DNA of 64,000 bases from contig ONPM01000004.1 of assembly GCA_900319715.1 (NCBI GenBank), forward strand, positions 1,739 to 65,738, given 5' to 3'. A model generated the notes under the pieces. It was not told the DNA's origin, searched no databases, and saw nothing but the letters and a program-made list of their open reading frames with translations. Shown in pieces: positions 58,153-64,000 of the stretch. This DNA is from an uncultured Prevotella sp. (GTDB lineage: Bacteria > Bacteroidota > Bacteroidia > Bacteroidales > Bacteroidaceae). Each line of letters begins with the position of its first letter. Position 1 is the first letter of the stretch. Both the position numbers and the translations under genes were made by a program.

Positions 58153-60087
58153 TCAGTCAATAATCACATTAAAGTTCAGGCCAGCCTTCCATTCCAGATC
58201 CACAGACAAGCCGAAGAACATCTGTGTAGAACGCAGGTCAGGGATCGTTGAGTAAGCCCGTTGCAGAGCATCCTTGCCAATCGTGAAGGTGGCCGTAGTG
58301 ACAGCATCACGGATGAACACACGGTCCTTGCCATAGCCCGTATCACCACTACCGAAACTGGTCTGTTTGGTCCAGTCAACAGGTTCCAACGAAGTCGACA
58401 GCGGGTCGAGTTCACCGATGAGGTAGAACTTCTGCCCTGCATTAATGAATCCATTCAGGCCATAGAAATCCTTATTAGCCATCACCTCAAGTGCAATATA
58501 TACCTTGGACTGGGTCTCACCGACTGTGAAGTTATCCAGGACAAGTGTATAGTTCGTCACCGTCTTGCCATTATCCGAGGCCGGCAACTCACAGTTGGAC
58601 AAATCGGGGAACTGGTCGTATATCACCTTATTAAAAGAGGTGCTCTTGGGCAGATACTCAAACTGTGCCACGTCAGGTTGTCCTCCTATGAGGATGCCTG
58701 TCACCGTGAAAGAGACTCCGCTTTCACCAGTACCACTGAACACATTGTTTGACGCAGACCCACCACTGATGGCAGCAGCATTGTCGGTGAAGGTATTCTC
58801 TACGTTACGCTGGATGGTGGCTTTTAACTGAGAAACGCCATAGGTGATATTCTCCTTCATAGCCACAGCACGAGTCGAGGAAGAGACGGCATCACTATTC
58901 CAACCGTTGGAGGTCCAGGAAACGGCCTTCATCCACTCTCCTGCTGATGTCGGGTAAGAGGCGGCCTCCTTAGTGGTGATAGACTGCCAAAGACCTGAAT
59001 TACAGTAATAAGTCAACTCGGCCGGATAAGTCACATCATTATACTCAACAGACACTTTTGACATCGTCGCATTGCTGTTCCTGAAGACAAATTCTCCTGT
59101 TGCGTTATTGAACTCAAGAATAGCACAGCCGTCGGGGACGCCGAGGGATGTCGGATAATTCACAACAGCAGACGAGGTGCCAGAAGCATAACTGTCCTCC
59201 CATTGATAGGTTGCCGGCGTGCCAGAAGATGTCACCGTAAAGTTTTCGGCGATCTTCTTAAGGATGGCCTCCGACAGGGCCTTGGCCGTCGCGTTAGTCG
59301 ATTTGGTATAGATATCATTGACAACTCGGAACAGTTCGCCCACCATATTCTTGATGGAAGTAGAAGAGCCCTGACGGAAATCGCCATCGCTGGCATTGGC
59401 GACGAACTTGTCATAGACATCACCAAGGGGTGCCAGTTCACCGTTTGCCGTACCGCTTGTGGCAGACCACTTCAAGGTCTCCGGCGAGGTAATGCCCACG
59501 CCGACGATGCCGTTCAGGATGCCAGCCAGCGTAGTCTGAGGAGCCGTAAAGTCGGAGGCTTTCTCCACACGGTCGGCCAGACGGAAGGTAATGTCGTTCA
59601 CACTATTGACATTGCCGGTGTAGGTCTTATTCAACTTACCATAGTAGCCGGGCTTGCCATTTTTCTCGGCATCATTGACGGTCGCATAGAACAGGAAGTC
59701 GCTGGTGCCCGTAGGGATATACAAGGTATAGACCTTGCTGGAGTTGGGCGTACCACTGGTATGGGTCGGTTCCGGCTTTCCCAGGTCATCAAGGGGAAAA
59801 GTATGATTCGCGTCAACCGCGCTATTGTTGCCTGGAGCATTATTGAAACAGAACAAATACATCTCATTGATGCCCTGGAAGACGCCGTTGCCGACGACTT
59901 CGCTTACCTGACGCGTCCGTTCTTCCGGCTGCGTCACATTAAAGACGAACTCTGCCCTCACTCTTCCAGTTTCTGGGTCGTAGCCCGGGTTGATGTCCAC
60001 ATCTTCGCTTGAGGAGCAGCCACCGAGGGAGACCGTTCCAACAAGGGCCGTCAGCCCCATCATGACATACTTAAAATGATTCTTCAT
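58153..60087 (-). CDS. Type V pilin-like lipoprotein (candidate major subunit)
   Basis: LGGC lipobox, RTRQ motif, FLFYA and C-terminal GLSVDLEWKAG; first pilin gene of the operon. Confidence 0.75.
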   Translation of the reverse strand: MKNHFKYVMMGLTALVGTVSLGGCSSSEDVDINPGYDPETGRVRAEFVFNVTQPEERTRQVSEVVGNGVFQGINEMYLFCFNNAPGNNSAVDANHTFPLDDLGKPEPTHTSGTPNSSKVYTLYIPTGTSDFLFYATVNDAEKNGKPGYYGKLNKTYTGNVNSVNDITFRLADRVEKASDFTAPQTTLAGILNGIVGVGITSPETLKWSATSGTANGELAPLGDVYDKFVANASDGDFRQGSSTSIKNMVGELFRVVNDIYTKSTNATAKALSEAILKKIAENFTVTSSGTPATYQWEDSYASGTSSAVVNYPTSLGVPDGCAILEFNNATGEFVFRNSNATMSKVSVEYNDVTYPAELTYYCNSGLWQSITTKEAASYPTSAGEWMKAVSWTSNGWNSDAVSSSTRAVAMKENITYGVSQLKATIQRNVENTFTDNAAAISGGSASNNVFSGTGESGVSFTVTGILIGGQPDVAQFEYLPKSTSFNKVIYDQFPDLSNCELPASDNGKTVTNYTLVLDNFTVGETQSKVYIALEVMANKDFYGLNGFINAGQKFYLIGELDPLSTSLEPVDWTKQTSFGSGDTGYGKDRVFIRDAVTTATFTIGKDALQRAYSTIPDLRSTQMFFGLSVDLEWKAGLNFNVIID

Positions 60088-60110
60088 ATCTATTCCCTTT
60101 TTTATTATTG

Positions 60111-60737
60111 TCAGTTAATGATATACACGATATTAACGCCCAACTGGGGCAGAAGGAATATACGGTCATCCTTACCGTAATACGTGCCACAGTGCGGACA
60201 GTCGTACTCCTTAAACCAGGCATAGCCAATGGCCACACCAGCCTCGGCCTCAATACGCCAGTCACGACTCAAGATCCAAGAATAACCATACTTCCCTCCG
60301 AGAGCCAACAAGTCGCCCTGCAACCGGCGCTCACGGACGGTCTTATAAAGTCCCAACGGGAACTTAACATTACCCACGTTGAAATGGCTGTAGATGGCAT
60401 CAGCCTCAAAATAGCCTTTATGGAAGACGGAGTCATTCACATACTTTCGTGCCCGAAAAGAAAAAAGCATGTGACGCCATTTCTTGTTCTTTTCCTTATC
60501 TATATCCCAGGCATTCATTCCTGCCAACAGACCAACAGTCCAAGTGGAGTCGACCCTTACATCAACACCCAGATTAGGAGACAACGTAGCATCGTACAAA
60601 AGATTGGTGCGCAATGCCACCCTTGGGAGATTCCGCTCCATGCCATCGGACTGCTGTGCGAGCAACGGTTTTCCACAGAGGAGACTAAAAAGCAATATAT
60701 ACAAATACTTCATTCCAATGAGGCTTTTTTCTATCAT
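60111..60737 (-). CDS. DUF3575-like small outer-membrane beta-barrel typical of Bacteroidales fimbrial loci; start may be the second Met
   Basis: ALRTNLLYDATLSPNLG, GYSWIL..WRIEAEAGVAIG and CPHCG. Confidence 0.8.
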   Translation of the reverse strand: MIEKSLIGMKYLYILLFSLLCGKPLLAQQSDGMERNLPRVALRTNLLYDATLSPNLGVDVRVDSTWTVGLLAGMNAWDIDKEKNKKWRHMLFSFRARKYVNDSVFHKGYFEADAIYSHFNVGNVKFPLGLYKTVRERRLQGDLLALGGKYGYSWILSRDWRIEAEAGVAIGYAWFKEYDCPHCGTYYGKDDRIFLLPQLGVNIVYIIN

Positions 60738-60755
60738 CTGTCAGTTAAAGAACAA

Positions 60756-60765
60756 TGCAAAGATA
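60756..60765 (-). promoter_or_regulatory. -7 promoter element TATCTTTGCA for the pilus operon
   Basis: TAnnTTTG match just upstream of the DUF3575-like gene. Confidence 0.55.
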
Positions 60766-60944
60766 CTCATTTCTTATCAATCGAAAGACTTTTCTGCTGA
60801 CAAATGTCCCGTATTTAACATCAATTAACCGTATTAATATTAAATAGGTATAGTTTAAGGCTTTTAGGGAACCCGTCTTCTTTAATTTTCGTTAATAACT
60901 AAGGTTCATCTTATCACTTCCCGCCAAGATTGGAACTTTATTCG

Positions 60945-60954
60945 TAACTTTGCA
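60945..60954 (+). promoter_or_regulatory. -7 promoter element TAACTTTGCA for the TonB-dependent receptor
   Basis: TAnnTTTG match about 45 bp upstream of the ATG at 60999. Confidence 0.55.
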
Positions 60955-60998
60955 CCGCTTTTCGATAAGGGAAGCCATCAATTTTATTATCACACAAC

Positions 60999-63173
60999 AT
61001 GTACAAGCCAACATTCAACAAGCGCCAAGTGCTCGTGTTCCATCATTTCGGGAACAAGGGCTACTCGCTGTTCGCCTGTCTGGGCCGGGAGGTGGTGTGC
61101 AGCGTGCTCTCCGTAGCAACGCTGACCTATGCCTCGGCTGAGAGTGTCAGCACGGACCCCGTGGTGACCGACTCGACAGCCACCACGACAGCCCGCGAGA
61201 TGATGCTCGAGGAGGTCAGCGTGACCGGCTCGAGGGCGCCCCTGACCAAGAGTCAGGCTGCGAGAATGGTCACTGTACTGGAACGTGCCGACTTTGCGCA
61301 GGCCCCAGTACAAAGTATTAACGACTTACTGAAATACGCTGTCGGCGTCGATGTAAGGCAACGAGGCCCTATCGGTGCCCAGACGGACATCTCCATCCGA
61401 GGCGGCACATCAGAGCAGATCATCCTGTTGCTCAACGGCATCAACATCTGTGACCCCCAGACCGGCCACAACGCGATGGACTTGCCAGTAGACCTGAGCG
61501 AAGTGGAACGCATCGAGGTGATTGAAGGGCCCGCAGGAAGGATCTATGGGACATCATCGCTCGTCGGAGCGATTAACATCGTGACAATGGAAAGTGGAAA
61601 GTGGAAAGAGGAAGGTGTTTCGAGGAAAGAGGAAAGAGGAAAGAGGAATGAGATGACTCTGCACGCCGAAGGAGGATCATACGGCTATGCCCACCTCGGC
61701 TTCAGGTATTCTCACTCCACACTCCTCACTCCGCACTCCTCGAAACTCACTCCACACTCCTCGAAACACGCTCCACTCTCCTCGTTAAGCCATTCCCTCT
61801 CTGGGAACTACAGCCGCAGCGACGGTTGGAGCCGGTCGAAGGCAGGACACCTGAACACAGACTTCAGCGGCTCGAAGGCCTTCTACCAGGGACAGTATGA
61901 AGACAACGACCTGAGGCTTCACTGGCATGCAGGTATGGCCGACAAAGGATGGGGATCAAGCACCTTCTACGCCTCACCCAAATGGCAGGCAGATGAGCAA
62001 TATGAGCACACCACAAAAATTTACACAGCCATACAAGGCGAGAACAAGCGTGGACGACTACACCTGAGCGGCAACATCTACTGGAATCAGAACAAAGACC
62101 GTTATGAAGGCTATCGTGGACAAGCAGACAAAATGAAATACAACTATAACCGCACTGACGTCTATGGTGTCAGTCTCAACAGTTATTTCGACTGGGAATC
62201 AGGAAATCCAGACCGTATCAGGAACAGGACCGCCTTCGGTGCAGAACTGCGGAATGAAGACCTTGTCAGCGGCAACCTGGGCGAGCCTCTGTCGCAGACA
62301 CATCACATCTGTGGTACAGACCGAGACTACACCCTCGGCCTGAACCGGACGAACATCAGCGGATATCTGGAGCACAATTTAATACTAAATAAATTGACAG
62401 TTTCTGCGGGCATCGTAGCCGTCAAAAATACCTGGAGCAATATGAATATGACGGTATACCCCGGTGTGGACATCAGTTACCGTCCGTCATCCCATTGGCG
62501 GATTCATGCCTCTTACAACACCTCACTGCGCATGCCGTCGTTTACAGAGATGTACTACAAACTCCAAGGTTACAGTGCCGCCCCCCATCTGAAGCCAGAG
62601 GAGATGCAGGCCTTCGAAATAGGCGTAACCTCTTACTTCTCACCTTTTACCGCTCACTTCGCCGTATGGCATCACCACGGCAAGAACATGATCGACTGGA
62701 TCATGGACACCACCAAAGGCAGTGAGGCTGTATGGGAGAGCGTCAACCACACCTCCATCAACAGCACAGGGTTCGAGACAGACATGCAAATCAACCTACA
62801 GCGTTGCCGCTTTAAAGTCTCATACAGTTACATTCACCAGGACAAGGAACAAGAGACAGGCATCGTGTCGCAATATGCGCTGGAATACCTGCGCCACAAA
62901 CTGGTGGCCCATGCCATGCTACCAATCATCAAACGGGTGTCACTCGACCTGAACCTGAGATGGCAGGACCGTGTGGGCAGTTATACAGACTTCAACGGTG
63001 AGGTTTGCGGCTATAAACCATATACCCTCGCAGATGTCCGTCTCACCTGGCAGGAGCGGAGGTGGAAGGTTTATGTCGAAAGCAACAACCTCTTCGACAC
63101 CCGCTATCACGACTACGGTCTTGTAGAGCAACCTGGCCGTTGGCTCATCGCCGGGGCTTCGGTTACACTCTAG
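60999..63173 (+). CDS. TonB-dependent receptor (BtuB/CirA-like, not SusC type)
   Basis: LEEVSVTG TonB box, plug motifs ISIRGG and VERIEVIEGP..IYG..GAINIVT, and C-terminal NLFDTRY..PGR. Confidence 0.92.
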   Translation: MYKPTFNKRQVLVFHHFGNKGYSLFACLGREVVCSVLSVATLTYASAESVSTDPVVTDSTATTTAREMMLEEVSVTGSRAPLTKSQAARMVTVLERADFAQAPVQSINDLLKYAVGVDVRQRGPIGAQTDISIRGGTSEQIILLLNGINICDPQTGHNAMDLPVDLSEVERIEVIEGPAGRIYGTSSLVGAINIVTMESGKWKEEGVSRKEERGKRNEMTLHAEGGSYGYAHLGFRYSHSTLLTPHSSKLTPHSSKHAPLSSLSHSLSGNYSRSDGWSRSKAGHLNTDFSGSKAFYQGQYEDNDLRLHWHAGMADKGWGSSTFYASPKWQADEQYEHTTKIYTAIQGENKRGRLHLSGNIYWNQNKDRYEGYRGQADKMKYNYNRTDVYGVSLNSYFDWESGNPDRIRNRTAFGAELRNEDLVSGNLGEPLSQTHHICGTDRDYTLGLNRTNISGYLEHNLILNKLTVSAGIVAVKNTWSNMNMTVYPGVDISYRPSSHWRIHASYNTSLRMPSFTEMYYKLQGYSAAPHLKPEEMQAFEIGVTSYFSPFTAHFAVWHHHGKNMIDWIMDTTKGSEAVWESVNHTSINSTGFETDMQINLQRCRFKVSYSYIHQDKEQETGIVSQYALEYLRHKLVAHAMLPIIKRVSLDLNLRWQDRVGSYTDFNGEVCGYKPYTLADVRLTWQERRWKVYVESNNLFDTRYHDYGLVEQPGRWLIAGASVTL
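61589..61783. repeat. Two short tandem arrays in frame in the TonB receptor: (GGAAAG[T/A])n and GTATTCTC-(ACTCC[A/T]C)n
   Basis: Arrays at 61589-61647 and 61706-61783. Confidence 0.8.
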
Positions 63174-63303
63174 TTGATTGTTTATAGTTTAAAGTTTATA
63201 GTTTATAGATGAAAACCTTGCACGCCCATAGAACAGCCTATAGAAGTAATCATCTATAAACTATAAACTTTAAACTATAAACAAAAATCTGTAAACTGTA
63301 AAC
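63173..63303. repeat. Palindromic element (GTTTATA)n-core-GTAATCATC-(TATAAAC)n between the convergent TonB receptor gene and dnaA
   Basis: Inverted copy of the element at 9289-9417. Confidence 0.92.
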
Positions 63304-63310
63304 AAAAGAA

Positions 63311-64000
63311 TCACTGTTTCAGTTTAAAGGAGTTCTCAATGCTTGACAATTCCTCTGAGAAAGACTTGTCGACCTTCAACCGTTGTTCGATGGTATTACA
63401 ACTATGGATGACGGTTGAATGGTCACGGTTGCCGATGAGTTGACCGATTCGGCCTGCCGGCATCTTTGTGTACTTCTGAGCCAAGTACATCGACACCTGA
63501 CGCACCTGCACCAGTTCACGCTTGCGACTCTTGCTAAATACCTGACGCTGCTCGACATGATAATGCTGGCATACCTTCTCTAGGATATCATCAACAGTCA
63601 GCGGATGGTTGTCAACCTTCACGGCCCGCTTGATAATACGCTCAGCCAGACGCATATCCACATTCGTGTTATAGACAATGGAATAGGCCATCAACGAGTT
63701 GACGACACCTTCCAGGTCACGCACGCTGCCATTGGCAGTCTGCGCAATATAATCAATCACGTCTGCAGGAATCTTCAGGCCGTCACGACGACACTTGGCA
63801 TGAAGGATATCGACGCAAAGTTGCACGTTCGGCTTCTCCAACTCAGCAATCAGACCGCAGGCAAAACGGGTAAGCAGACGGTCCTTCATGCCCTGCAGGT
63901 CGACAGGGGGGCGATCACTGGCCAGGATAATCTGCCGGCCCATGCGGAAGAGGTGATTAAAGATATGGAAGAACGTGTCGAGTGTCTTGGGAGAGTTCAT
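63311..64000 (-). CDS. dnaA: Chromosomal replication initiator DnaA, 3' part; the 5' end is outside the window
   Basis: FFHIFNHL, ASDRPP, RLLTRF, SVRDLEG, RQVSMYL and RDHSTVIHS (domain IV signature). Confidence 0.96.
   Translation of the reverse strand: MNSPKTLDTFFHIFNHLFRMGRQIILASDRPPVDLQGMKDRLLTRFACGLIAELEKPNVQLCVDILHAKCRRDGLKIPADVIDYIAQTANGSVRDLEGVVNSLMAYSIVYNTNVDMRLAERIIKRAVKVDNHPLTVDDILEKVCQHYHVEQRQVFSKSRKRELVQVRQVSMYLAQKYTKMPAGRIGQLIGNRDHSTVIHSCNTIEQRLKVDKSFSEELSSIENSFKLKQ

Noticed and set aside
60770-60998. Cobalamin riboswitch ahead of the BtuB-like receptor
   Set aside because: No B12-box was recognised, and the promoter motif leaves a leader of only about 40 nt.
61589-61783. Treating the two TonB receptor arrays as one mirrored element
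   Set aside because: The GGAAAGA and ACTCCTC units are not reverse complements, so they were kept as separate half elements.

Overview
Chromosomal segment of a Bacteroidota bacterium that looks like a rumen Prevotella/Xylanibacter (TAnnTTTG promoters, T9SS C-terminal signals). The left third (1-16 kb) holds ordinary genes: Na+/solute symporter, porin, secreted metallophosphoesterase, topB, a PorE-like lipoprotein, an ECF sigma/PspC operon, an RsmF-like methylase, thyA, folA, system II cytochrome c maturation genes and an SGNH esterase. The right end has a TonB-dependent receptor and the 3' part of dnaA. Between them is a ~45 kb minus-strand surface-structure locus. It has a DUF3575-type gene, five type V pilin-like lipoproteins, a 3789-aa VYGGG-repeat protein with a T9SS signal, a small cassette (DUF6078-like gene, two short repeat arrays and a BT4734/VirE-type gene), a 1336-aa repeat-rich T9SS protein, and a ~6,080-aa VYGGG-repeat gene split by a frameshift at ~22,360. 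The most unusual signal is a family of palindromic elements whose arms are tandem 7-8-mers. The unit sequence differs between elements, but the inner junction GTA(A/T)TC(A)TC is shared. These elements sit between genes and also in frame inside housekeeping proteins. No rRNA, tRNA, CRISPR array, integrase, transposase or reverse transcriptase was recognised. All family assignments come from motif recognition by eye; no database search was run.
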